From contig OZ024740.1 of assembly GCA_964016885.1 (NCBI GenBank), positions 124,186,001 through 124,250,000 on the forward strand: a DNA stretch of 64,000 nucleotides. Direction: 5' to 3'. Source of the DNA: Eledone cirrhosa. Its lineage: Eukaryota. Every line of letters starts with the position of its first letter. Position 1 is the first letter of the stretch. A program made the position numbers and the translations under genes. Shown piece by piece: positions 12,280-25,329 of the stretch. The notes under the pieces are model-generated. The model was not told the origin of the DNA, did not search any database, and saw only the letters and a program-made list of their open reading frames with translations.

Positions 12280-13495
12280 GTTGAAAAGAAAGTAGCATAG
12301 AAGAACCATTATGAAAGATTTCTGAATGAGGAGAATGTATGGGAGCCAAATGGTCTACCACAAGTAGACTCAAATGAGGGTCCAGCTGTACAAATCAGTA
12401 GCAGAATAGCAAGTAATTAAGGATATAAAGATGGGGAAAGCAGCTGGTCTATCAGGGATAGTTGCTGAGATACTGAAAATATCTGGTATGGTGGGTCACA
12501 CCATAATCACATGTATTGTAAATCAGCTAATACCAAATGGTGTCATATCAAATGATTAGTGTAGCAGCATCATTGTTAATTGCTACAAGGGTAAAGGTGA
12601 TGAACTAGATACAGAAAATACAGAGGCATCAAATTGATGGTGCAGGTCATGAAGGTAACAAAATGAGTTGTAACACAGTTGATTAGGGACTGGGTTAATC
12701 TAGATGAAACATAGTTCAGATTTGTGCCAGGTAAATGTATCACTGAAACCCTCTTCCTTGTGGAGCAACTACAAGAGAAATACTTTGCTAAGAGTAAACC
12801 CATCTACCTGGCATTTGTTGACCTGGAGAAAGCTTTTGAAAGAGTACCCATGCCATAATCTGGTGGGCTCTGAGAAAACTAGGAGCATATGGTTTGCTCG
12901 TGAAGGCTGTACAAGCCATGTATAGAGGAACGGACAGCAAAATTAGGATGAACAATGACTATAATGAAGAATTAAGTATGCAAGTGAGTCTCCACCAGGG
13001 CTCTGTTCATAGTTCTCTCCTTTTTATTATCGTCCTGCAATCTATAACAGAAGAGTTTAAGATTGGTTGCCCATGGGAACTCCTGTATGCAGATGATCTA
13101 ACACTTATAGCTGAATCTATGGCAGAATTAGAGAAGAAATTATGAATCTGGAAGCATGGCCTAGAAACAAGTGGTCTTAAAATCAACCATACAAAGACTA
13201 AAGTCCTAATACATAGAAAGGAAAAAAAGTTGCTGATCCTCTCAGGGAAATGGCATTGCTCAGAGTTCAAGAAAGGCGTAGAGAGAAATTTCATCATCTG
13301 TCTCAATGCAAACTATGGGTATACAAGTGATGAAATGGGATCTCAGCTAGGTTAGCAAAATATGTAGGTTTTACATGAGGCTGTTGCCCAAGAGCAGTAA
13401 TTATCAAATGCCCACAAGAAAGAAACTATAAAATGCTTGGAGGGTACTGTAGAAGCAGTAGACTGCTTCTGCTATCTGGGTGAGCAAATCAGCTG
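12280..13495 (+). mobile_element. RTE LINE internal RT fragment, decayed; homologous to 62490-63690
   Basis: FVDLEKAF, HQGSVHSSLLFIIV, ELLYADDLTLIAES and FCYLGEQIS, with stops and frameshifts. Confidence 0.9.
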
Positions 13496-13499
13496 TGAT

Positions 13500-14420
13500 A
13501 TGCATATTGTTGATTGCTTGCGGCTAAGTCTCTTAGGTAAGGGAACTAACCCATTTAGTAGTAGCACTGGTAAGACATTTGAGGAGTCATTGGTGGCTGC
13601 TGATATGGTGTTTGCGTGGGTATCAGTGGTGGTTGTGAAAGTTGGTGTGACTGAAGCAAAGTCAGCTGTCTCACAATCTTTTCTGCCATGTTTAAAAATG
13701 ACTGTTGTTCCATACTATCTCCTCTTCATTGGATTCTGTGTGCAGTGTTGTTTGCCTGTGTTGGTTTGGGCTGGAGTATTTAGGATGAGCAGGTTGAGCA
13801 CAGCTTGCATAGAGTCTGGGGTGTTCAAAACTGCAGCCTGTCCCAGCTTCCCTATGCCGGCAGGTCCCTTTCTATTAGAATGTACAGAGTACTTAGACAT
13901 TTTTTTACTAGAGTCTATATATACATAATATGACTTTCTCATTAACATGATGGTTTTTTTCAAACATAAATTAAGAAGGAAGGTTTTAAGTCTCTATTAA
14001 CATTTGAACACAAGCAGTTTTGTATTGTAGAATCAGTTGTGGTTTCAGACAGGTTTCTATTGAAAGGGGTAATGAATTCAGACAGAGTTCACAAATTTAG
14101 TGTTTAACTATTCATTTAGTTAGAGCTAGGAGTGAAATAAGAAAATTTAAATGTCTGAGACGAGTTCTTGTTAATAAGATTTATAAGTTAGTCGCAGCAT
14201 TCATTTTTAATATTTTTCATGTGATTCTCACTCCTTAAACATTTTCTATATTGTTTCAACACTATAGTATATATAATGGTGGCAAGCTCTCTAATAAAGA
14301 TGGCAGACTTCCAGAAAACTGAGTCAACAACCTAAGGTCAGTTCCTATCTGTAACTATTTCACTTTCTCTGTTAATACCCTCTAGAAAAGAGATATATGT
14401 CATAAAAATATAAACATTCA
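13500..14420 (-). mobile_element. Possible highly decayed PLE fragment
   Basis: Weak by-eye motifs only: YISFLE..NRE (thumb-like) and KKCLSTLYILIER (similar to a GIY-YIG C-terminus). Confidence 0.3.
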
Positions 14421-14677
14421 GAAGGTATCAAACTATGTTGGAGTTTATCTTAATTCTTTTTCTAGTGAATTGAGATATATCTCTCCTGATAGAGATAACA
14501 AATTGATTAAAGGTTTTGGCAAAAGTAAGATATGACTTCAACACAAAAAGCTATTAAAACAATTGCCCACTTCACAATATTTCTCTATATAGAGAAATGA
14601 GTTGCACATTCACCAGCATAATTATAAGTAATCTAATGTGTTAATGATATTATGAATATCAAGTGTCTACTCTCCAA

Positions 14678-15000
14678 TGAAGCTATGTGGGTTAGTGGTT
14701 CACATATTTGGCTCTCAATTGTATGGTCACAAGATTGATTATCTGTGGCTCAATGTATTCTTGGGTAAGTCATTTTATGCCCCATTGTCCCAATTCACTC
14801 AGTTGAAAAAAAATAGTTGTATATATAATTCAAAGGTCTTGTCACAGCTTATGTCACATAGATTCCCTTTCAAAATTATGCTAAAAGTATATGTGTCTGT
14901 GGAATAATCAGCTATTTGCAAGTTAATTTCATATGCAGGGTGTTCAGTTGGTAGAATCAACAGGAACTGATGGAGGTACAACATTACTCTACACACTCTT
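14678..15000 (+). mobile_element. Decayed tRNA-SINE (7497 family)
   Basis: gtgggttagtggtt A-box-like head and core ttcttgggtaagtcattttat..ttcactcagttgaaaa. Confidence 0.6.
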
Positions 15001-17025
15001 CAATTGACTGTAACATCAGTTACATTGGAATGTTTTCTTTCTTTTGTAGGTTCCATTTGGGTGCATAATTTTAGATATAAAAATATTTTGTTCTATATAA
15101 AGTATGACTTCTGATATTTGCAAGCACTTTCAGAGCAGTAGCTCTCCCTGCCTATTTTCAGTGTTCATGGTTGCAGTGACTATTGTTTTTCTTTAGACTA
15201 TTTTTGCTTAATATCCTGATAATGGGGCCTTTTAAGACTACTACGAAGTAATTAATATTTAACACTTTTGTCACTGTATACAATTAATTAATGGGAAAAT
15301 TTGAAGGATGTAGCAAATTTATTATTTCATTGCTAGGATATAACTTAGCAGCGATCTTATGAAAAATGTTTGAAAGATTTTTATTTAAATAGGATCCCTT
15401 AAAAATAGGAGGCTTTGTTTTATAGAACCAGGACAGGTTTTAGTCAGAGTGGTGTCAAAAGGGTTAACGGAAACTATTTTTTTTTTACTAAAATGTGTTC
15501 TACTATTTTCATGTTTGTTTTAAGAAGAATGTGAAATTGTGTTGGTTTTCAAAATATATTTCTTTTTTGTCTATGTGTAACTGATAAAGTTCTTACAACA
15601 GCGCCCTAGAAAGGGATTGGGTTTGAGTCTGTGGAAGTTCAGAAAAGTGTTTGTTAATGGATGTAAAATTCTGATGCTGGAAATTAATGTGTGAGCATAT
15701 GATTTTACATGTATAGTGATAAAAATTGTATATTTGATTGTTTTTATGTGACTATTGATATCACTTATATTGTTTTCCATAAGAACATAACTAAATTGTA
15801 GTCTTTGCAATACACAATGACAAATTTCCTCTAATCTCATGACTTGGGAAATATGCTATTTTTAGTATGTAAAGAAGCATGTGATTAAGTGAAAAGAGAA
15901 GAGAAAACCCATATAAACTGTAACATCAGTAAATAAAAGAAAGTATCTGAAAAAAGAATGTTGCACAATACATATGCATCAAAATATTAAATACATGACA
16001 AATCCTATACAAAATTAAAATCACATGTTACCATATTGATTACATTAGTTTAAAGATTAACTTGATACCCCCATGAAATATTGAGCTTTTGCTGATTCTA
16101 ACAGGATGTTTTTTTTATGTGGTAGCTTTGAAAATTATCTTCTTTGATGTATCAACTACCTTAAAATAGAAACCCACTTAAAGTATGGGATTTATATACA
16201 TTTCTTTATACATAAATTTCTTGGCTAAAAGATCCAGCTTGCCAACTAGAATTTCAATAAGAGTACTGTGGAGGCTTTGTAATCATAAGGTCCTGGGTTC
16301 AATCTTACTGTTTGGCATCTTTGACAAGTGGCATTTACCCTTATTTAGAGTTGATCCAAACCCTGTGAATGAAAATAGGGAGGGTGAACATTATTTGGAA
16401 ATCCATAAGATAGACTGGACCAGTAATTTAAAGGGTCAGCCTTATTATACACTTCTGTCATGCTGAATCACTATGAGAATGATATCCAGTGTACAAATTT
16501 CTGTAGAATGCTTAATCAATTACACATTAATTTCATAATTAGGCTGTTTCATTGATCTAAAAATTCGAACAATCCATTTCGATTCCAATAATAATTCTAA
16601 AGATTTTCAATTTAAGACATTCAGACATTTGTTTGTTCAGGCATATGTTTATCTTATGAGCATATCAGTGAAACAGCACTGTAGTGAGATAAGTATCACT
16701 AAGTAAATGTGCTAGAATATAAACTGGCTGACTTAGAAAACTTAAATTTAGAGAATAAATCCTTGTGCTTAATTATTCTTAATTAGACTTTTGATGCTCT
16801 CTGAATTAACTACACAACTTAACAAGAATATCTTAACTGCATGCTCAGTTTGTAATATAGACAAGGATTGTTGAGCTAGAGTGATAAAATACCACTCTCG
16901 TCCAAATCAACTCTGTTTGTATGAAACAAAGCCACCCAATTTAAAGGGTTCCTATTTAAATTTGAATTTAACATAATTATAACTAGGAGTCATATAGCAA
17001 GTTACAATTATTAATAATTTTAGTA

Positions 17026-17190
17026 GGGTGGTGGATTGGCAGTATTGGTAGAGATTCAGAAAACTTGCTTTGTAGCATATAGTTATGTCCCCTTACATTC
17101 TGAGTTCAAATCCCACCAAGGTTAGCCTTGTTTTACCCCTTTTGGGGGTCAACATCTCTTATTCAGTTAAATTGTCCCTTTGTTCAAACT
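17026..17190 (+). mobile_element. Decayed tRNA-SINE (57711 family)
   Basis: ttggcagtattggtagag..ttctgagttcaaatcccaccaaggttagc matches 57720-57830. Confidence 0.75.
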
Positions 17191-18146
17191 CATGAATGCT
17201 GTTTTACGATTACATTGTTTAGGTCACTTCTGTCCTAACTAAAGTAAGGGATACAACAGTTGTATCCCTTATTTTAACATCCAAACCAGACAATCGTAAA
17301 ACAGCATGCAGGAGTCTGAATGAAAGGACAATTTTACCTAATAAGAAAAGTTTTGAAAACCTAAAAACGAAGAAAGCAAGCTTTTCTAACATCAATGTTT
17401 TGTACATGTTATAAAGACCGTTTTTTTATATATAAAAACCAAGTGAAATTTTCGAACTCTTTTAGTATTATAATTTATATATAATGTGATCTGTATAGAC
17501 CATTTTCTAATGTCCAAAGTTTTATTCACTATATATATATAAGGAGAGAGAGAGAGAGAAAGTGTGTGCGCAATTGAGAATGACATAATCTTCATCATAA
17601 AACAGACAAATTATGATGATGATGATGATATGTCTACACACCATAAGGTGTATAGATATATATCTCACCTACATTCACACACACATGTTGAATCCATACA
17701 AATTGCACACATGTTAAAATGATTCTTCAATAAAGCCTGTATGCTGTATGAAAGCAGAAAGTGGTTTAATGTTTTATGAAGAAAATAAGAAATCACATTT
17801 TTCACCATTTATCAATCTAATGATGAATCAATGGTGATATACGATATAAACAATATCCGACATTAAAGCAACAATCACAGCCTACCACACATCTCAACCA
17901 CTGTTTGACAATTTAATGCTTCTCGTTTTCCTACATTGCTTTTCGATTTGTATTTTTTTACATTTCCCTGCCAAGAATGTTTCGTCAATGATATCATTTG
18001 ATTTTCTGCTTTGTGATACAAATTACTTGCAATATATTTTTCTATACGATGGAATTTGTTGATATTTGATCCTGTATGTTATATTCTAAGTAGAGATAAT
18101 GAAGCAACATTTCAGAGAAGTGTTTTAACCTCATATATAAAAATAA

Positions 18147-18210
<64 letters not shown>

Positions 18211-18277
18211 AATGAAAAGTATAGAAGTTATTGTAGCAAGAAGCCAACAGTATTCCATAATGTATGTATATATATAT

Positions 18278-18386
<109 letters not shown>

Positions 18387-20197
18387 GAAATTACATGAAT
18401 CAAAGTTCTGTTCAAACCATTTATTAGCTTACAATTGTTTCGTCCAAACCGAGGTATTGAGTCTTTGGAGCAATTTTTCAATGATTGTTTACATACATGA
18501 CCTCCTTTCCAACACAAGAGACATACAGAAACATATGTATATATCGATGCACAGTGGGTTGACATCCATTATAATATTTTAGCATGGCAATTTACATTCA
18601 AAGATTAAAATCATATTAAAAGAAAATTAAAACAAAATTAAAGTTAAAATACAACATCGGCAGTTTATGAAGATAATGCAAGAGGATAGTTTGAAGTAGT
18701 TAGTGTATGCATTAGTTACACGTGGGGCATGCACGTGTGTCTTATTTATATAAGATTATAGTGCGGCAAGGTGTTATATGGAATACAAGCACTTTAAGCG
18801 GGCAATCAAGAGTATTATGGGGGTTGTATTGGTAAAGTATTTTTTATGTATGATATAGAAGTTTGTGTGCAGAGAAATATTAAAAATGAGAAGCAAAATA
18901 ATGTTATGGTTTTCGTATACACCACCATTTTCACAATCCAGGAAACGTAATATATAGATTATATGTCCTTCACATAATCCACGATGATTCAGTATTGGAT
19001 GCTTGATGAATTAGGTTAGATTATTACAGCTTGTTGTTCTTTAATCCAATTTTATAGAGCAGGTTGTTTTTGTTGCGAGAATTAACATCGTTTTATTTTC
19101 CGGAAGTGTGTGTGTGATTAAGGGAAGTTAATGCGTGAGGGGAGGTAACTAGCTGATTTCTATAACTAAATTTATTATTCCAATGTACATTAAATGGTGT
19201 CCTAATTGAGTCCCTATCATATATGGTGTAAACAGTTTCTAAATTTAAGTATCCTATCTTTAAATTACAGTCTACTCTATCAAGAAGTACTAAAGGTATC
19301 CAAATTAGGATGATTACCCTCTATCATAGGGTGCCACAACTGAATATTCCATATGAAGAGTCAGATCTCCAAATCAATGATCTTTGTAGATGTAGTCTTC
19401 CCACAGAACCTGGCAGGGTTTAATTAGAACCACGTCTATATATAACCCCTGGTAAGCTCTGGGTCAGTGCATGTCTGATTGCATGGCAAAGTTAAATATC
19501 TCTAGGGTAGACCAGAGAGCAATTCTCACTTATAATGTCACTAATCTGTCTATCAAGTCATACATGTATGTATAACTCATATACCACTTATACATAATTC
19601 ATTGTACTCAGCATATAGGTTATATAGCTCTTTTATGTTAATAAATTAATCTTCTATTTATCCAATGATGGCACTCCATACACAGAACAACATTAGCACA
19701 AACAATTCAGTGTTTAAAGTTTACATTTAATTATATAGTGGTGTAATGTAGTCTAAGTAATTGAAGGCAATTATACCAAAAGTAGATGTGCATGGGGATA
19801 TTTCTAGGGTAAAAGGTTCTAGATAGATGTCACTATTTGTGTTAAGATAGGATGGATCATTGAGTATGGAGATGTGGTGTAAGGTGTGCCCTTGCGGTGT
19901 GTTGCTAGAGGTGGTGACAGGTCTATTTTTGAAGTTCTAGTTAACTTTATTTATTTGTTACCTACTAGCCATGCGTGGTTACACGCTTGTAAAAATTATC
20001 TCCTGTGATTATTCATGTTTATATTTATTTATATATATGTTAATCAATTTCTAGTTATTATAAAATGCTCGGACCTACAAAATCTTTGAGCTTATTTTCC
20101 GGGCGATATGGCGCACGCCGTTATGGCATAACATCCACAATTTCGATTTGGATTAAATTCATTTAATTTATCTTAATTTTGGATATAGATATATAGA

Positions 20198-20278
<81 letters not shown>

Positions 20279-20429
20279 GATAAATATATATATATGAATG
20301 ATATATTTATGTATATATATAAATGATACATATATATATATATAATTCTGTCATATACATGTGATGTGAAGAGTCTCTATAGAACAGAGATCACACCCTT
20401 CGACACAAATCCATTTATATATGGAAAAG

Positions 20430-20990
20430 CATGTAAGAGATTTGACCATTTTATGTTAATGGTGTTATATCTGTTATTCAAATTGCTGTTTACTCTATTA
20501 GTGTTTCTGTGCTTGCTATTGTATGTTATCTCCTAATGTTAAATTCCTAGATTTCTATTGTTAGTTTTCACTATATTCTGGGCTATTCTTTTGGTAGTCA
20601 AGTAAGAAAGTTTAATTGTCTGTCGTTTAAAGATTTGACTGTATTTATGTCTGTATTTATGTGTTTATGTCTATGGTTTGTTTGTGTCTATGAGTTGGTA
20701 TGTCATTGTTTTTATCTATGTGCATATACTCAATTTCATTCTGGTAACCTGCTCTAGGTAATGCATTATTATGGTATTTAGCCTTGCCATCGAAGATTTC
20801 CTTGTTAGATGAGAGTCTAGAGATTATCTGTTCTACACTTTTGACTATGGCCTTCTTAATGTTTCTAGGGTGAAACTAACATAATTGAGGCTTTCATTTA
20901 ATTCAAGGTATGGGGAGTATAGGCTAGAATGAAAGTCTAGCGATATATCGAGGAAGTTGGCTATTCTATTGTTATTTCCTATTTCTAGCT
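20430..20990 (-). mobile_element. Naiad-like PLE RT-thumb fragment with a terminal inverted duplication (20957-20997 / 21043-21083)
   Basis: Minus-strand translation NFLDISLDF..YSPY..HPRNIKKAIVKSVEQIISRLSSNKEIFD..NNALPRAGY..TIKLSY is homologous to ORF 44122-44818. Confidence 0.8.
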
Positions 20991-21135
20991 TAAGACCCCA
21001 AATAGGAAAAAGAAAAAAGAAATAGACTTTTTTAACAATTACGGTCTTAAGCTAGAAATAGGAAATAACAATAGAATAGCCAATTCCTTGATATATGAAT
21101 ATATGAATGATATATATATGTATATACATACATAA

Positions 21136-21255
<120 letters not shown>

Positions 21256-21282
21256 TTTATTAGAAAGTGAACAACACAATAT

Positions 21283-21364
21283 ATAACTACTCCATTACCA
21301 AAGGTTTCAGGACCCTAGACGATATTAACATATGTCTAGTTCACTCATCAGACAGAAGCGTTAT
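21283..21364 (-). ncRNA. Type I hammerhead with extended stems
   Basis: Minus strand reads ATAAC-GC-TTCTGT CTGATGA, stem II (CTAGAC/GTCTAG), GAAA CC-TTT-GG TA ATGGAG-TA-GTTAT. GUA site; stem I has wobbles and a 2x2 internal loop. Confidence 0.72.
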
Positions 21365-21570
21365 GAAAAGTATGAAAATGCGAAAATGAAAATCTATTAA
21401 AATTGGGAATGAGGCTGGAGAAGTAACGGAAAATATAGATAAGAAAGAAAATATAAAAAATTATTATATAAAAAAAATGTATAGAAAATTATAAAATTAT
21501 AAAAAAATTAGGAAACATGTGTACATACATACACATATACACACATTCAGATTTAAATAAAAAAATAATT

Positions 21571-21614
<44 letters not shown>

Positions 21615-21636
21615 AGCAAATTATAAATGTAAACAT

Positions 21637-21892
21637 GTAAGTATGTTTTTGAAACGGTGCGCGAGTTTGAAAATTAAAAATTAGAAATTATAAGCTTTCA
21701 CCGTATTTTAGACTAAAGAAATTTCTAGCCTGATAGTGGGGTTTATAACCCTCGGAGAAATGGACAAAGATGAGTGTTGCAGTACATGTACGGCAACACT
21801 CATCTTTTTCCATTTCTCCGAGGGTTATAAACCCCACTATCAGGCTAGAAATTTCTTTAGTCTAAAATACGGTGAAAGCTTATGATTTCTAA

Positions 21893-21900
<8 letters not shown>
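21637..21900. repeat. Near-perfect palindromic element (114-bp arms, centre 21786/21787); same family as 42040-42271
   Basis: 21673-21786 is the reverse complement of 21787-21900 with ~4 mismatches; flanked by TA tracts. Confidence 0.92.
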
Positions 21901-21961
<61 letters not shown>

Positions 21962-22245
21962 TAACAGATTAAAGTTTAAGCAAAGAATCGCTGCTTTCAC
22001 CCTTAACGGGATCTTCTGAAACTAACAAAGTCAATCTGTAAACTCAGAACTGGATATTTCAAAAAACGTTGCAACCGGAGGAAGACAGGAAGACGATACT
22101 TTGGTTCCTGGGAACGTTCGGTGGCTAAGAACGGGAAAAAACGAATAATACGTCATTAATAGGAGCTCTACGGTTCTTATATATTTGATATATATTTATC
22201 CTTATCGAGCCCTCTTTGGATTTTAGTCTTCAAATTTATTATTAT

Positions 22246-22320
<75 letters not shown>

Positions 22321-22321
<1 letters not shown>

Positions 22322-23057
22322 AACGAAGCTTGCATGCTCCGCTGGATGTGTAACAGTAATATACGTGAACGGCAAAGCATAAACGAACTAAGGAAAAAAT
22401 TAGAGATAAGAGGGATCAGATGTTGTTTACTCGAGAGAAGGCTACGTTGGTATGGACACGTGATGCGCATGAAAGTCGATAGCTGTATAACAAAGTGCAG
22501 GGCAATAAAGATAGACGGTAGTCACGGAATAGGCAGACCTAGAAAAACCTTGGACGAGCTGATAAACTCCGACATCACACACTTACACCTCTCCAAGACA
22601 ATGTCACTGGACCGAGACCTTTGGCGGTACTCAGTAACAGAGAAGACCCGCCTTACCTAAATATATAGTAAAACCTACTCCAGCCAGTAGGCATCTCTAA
22701 CAAAATACACCCCGTCCCACCACCACCACCCCCACCCGATCCACACCACCCCATTCTATGTAAAGTTATGTTGGTGCCGCGCCATCGAGGCCGAAACAAA
22801 TGAGATCGTGTAGGTGTCACGACAAAAAAACACACAGTCCACGCTGTAATGTGGCCGTGTAGGCAACACGGTAAAAACCTCCCAGACCCACACTGTAAAT
22901 GTGGTTGGTGTTAGGAAGGGCATCCAACTGTAGAAAACCTGCCAGACAGTCCTATGCGAGCAAGACAATCACTCTTGCCTCAAGTGGGACTACCCCCGTC
23001 CAAACCCATGCAAGCGTGGAACACGGACGTTAAACGTTGATGATGATGATGATGATG
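22321..23057 (+). mobile_element. 5'-truncated RTE LINE 3' end with (GAT)n tail
   Basis: MLRWMC..RRLRWYGHVMRM..GRPRKT; the 3' UTR ends in gatgatgat. Confidence 0.92.
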
Positions 23058-23190
23058 ATATATATATATAAGTATAAAAGAGAACTTTTTTCTATATATG
23101 TATGTGTGTATATATATATGTGTGTGTGTGTATGTATGTATATATATATATATATATATATGTGTATGTGTATGTATATATATATGTGTG

Positions 23191-23255
<65 letters not shown>

Positions 23256-23848
23256 TTATCTCTTTATATCTCCCCCCTCTCTCTCTCCCTCTCTATCCAT
23301 CCCTCCTACTATTATCTATTTAATTCTCTTTAACTAACTACACTCCACGACATGACGTCTGCTATCAAAACTGACCAAAGAATCCTTCCACCTCTACCCC
23401 TACCTCCACCTCAGTTTGTCATTCTACTTCCTACCTCTTCCCCCTTCTCTCTCTATACTATGCCGTCTGTCCCCTCACCTCCTAATTCCTCTCTCTCTAT
23501 ACTAGTAAATACAATTCCAAATAAATGTTTTTCTCTATATATTAAGAATTATTTCAAGAGTAACTCACTATTTTGAAAATTTGGACTGTGAACAACAATT
23601 ATAATTGAGTGGCTGCTATTTGCAGTATAGCAATATAAGGTTGCACTTACCAATGAAACGGTCGTAAATACCTGGATTAAATCCTTCTCTTAATGCTTAC
23701 CTGTGTTTTCTCATTTATACTTTATACTCCAAGATTGAACGGAATTCTTACAAACTTGTGGAGTTGCCCCTAACCGTACGTTGAAACCATCCATGAAACT
23801 GGCTTTCTTAACCAAAAACTAGATCACAATAAACAATTTTTTGCTTCT

Positions 23849-23903
<55 letters not shown>

Positions 23904-23906
<3 letters not shown>

Positions 23907-24091
23907 AACTAAACTAAATAAGTCAAATATTTAAAATTTGGCTTCGTTTATTACTCTTTGGCTGTGACTTCTTCAGGCAGTCCGAGGACTGCCTGAAGAG
24001 GTCAGAGCCAAAGATGGCTGTCAACGAAATATATATAGCAGTAATAACCGAAGCCAAATTTTAAATGTTTGACTTATTTATTTTAGTTTAT
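23904..24091. repeat. Fold-back element containing a hammerhead; the left arm is an internally deleted antisense copy
   Basis: 23904-23983 is the reverse complement of 23986-24014 plus 24040-24091. Confidence 0.85.
23988..24042 (+). ncRNA. Type I hammerhead, core intact
   Basis: ACTGC, CTGAAGA (23993-23999), stem II AGCCA-AAGA-TGGCT, GAAA (24026-24029), TATATA TA GCAGT. AUA site; palindromic stem III. Confidence 0.82.
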
Positions 24092-24210
24092 TTTACATTA
24101 CTCCGGAGTAACCAAACGAACCTGCGAAACTTCTTCGAGTGCTCCAATCTGCATACTAAGGTGTTGGTATACAACCAATATATACTCAAAAAAAAAATAT
24201 ATATATATAT

Positions 24211-25137
24211 AGAAATAAAGGACACCTTCCGTTACCTGGGTGACAAGTTCAGCAGTGGTGGAGGGTGCTCTGAAAGTACAGTAGCCAGGGTCAGAACGGG
24301 ATGGAAAAAGTTCAGAGAGCTTATACCACTATTGGCCACTGTACGTTTCTCTCTGAACATGAAAGGCAGATTGTATGATGCGTGCATACGAACAGCAATG
24401 TTACATGACAGTGAAACATGGGCATTGTGTGCAGAGGACCTGCGCAGACTGGAGAGGAACGAAGTTTGCATGCTCCGTTGGATGTGTAATAGTAATATAC
24501 GTGAACGGCAAAGCATAAATGAACTAAGTTTGAAATTAAGAATAAGAGGGATCAGATGCTGTTTACTTGAGAGAAGACTACGTTGGTATGGTCACGTGAT
24601 GCGCATAAAAGATGACAGCTGTATAAAAAAGTGCAGGGCGATCAAAATTGATGGAAGTTACGGAGTAGGTAGACCCAGAAAAACCTGGGACGATTTGATA
24701 AATTCCGACCTTACACACTTACACCTCTCTAAGACAATGCCACTGGACCGAGATCTTTAGTGCTACGCAGTAATACAGAAGACCCGCCTTCCCTATGTAC
24801 ATAGCGAAACCTACAGTCAGTAGGCACATCTTAACCAAATGTACACCCCCTCCCACCCCGCACTCCCACCAACACCACCCTCTCTCTGTAAAGTTATGTC
24901 GGTACCACAACTTCCAGTCCAAAATGAATTAGGTCGTGTAGGTGCTACAACAAATAAAACAGTCCATGCTGTAATGTGACCATGTAGGTAACACGGTACA
25001 AACCTCCCAGTCCACACTGTAAACGTTGTTGGTGTTACGAACAGCATCCAGACCAATCTTGCTTCAAGTGGGACAATTCCCGTCTAAACCCATGCTAGCG
25101 TGGAAGATAGACGTTAAACGATGATGATGATGATGAT
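24211..25137 (+). mobile_element. 5'-truncated RTE LINE 3' end with (GAT)n tail
   Basis: FRYLGDKFSSGGGCSES..GWKKFREL..SETWAL..RRLRWYGHV; homologous to 22321-23057 and 63650-64000. Confidence 0.92.
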
Positions 25138-25329
25138 ATATATATATACGACAAATACACGTGTACATAAGTAAAGAAAATATATCTTTATATATACGAC
25201 ATTTGCGTGTGCGCATACATATATATGAAATAGACACACAAGTATAAACACACTTGCCTAATTAAATAGCTCTGCTTTATACATAGAGCACTCTTTTTCC
25301 TTTGGCTTTTCTTTGGAAATGCTTAACAT

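Noticed and set aside
15030-15066. Strong splice acceptor (ttttctttcttttgtag)
   Set aside because: No good donor or open reading frame follows.
23580-23670. Hammerhead ending GAAACGGTC
   Set aside because: No intact CTGANGA core or convincing stem I.
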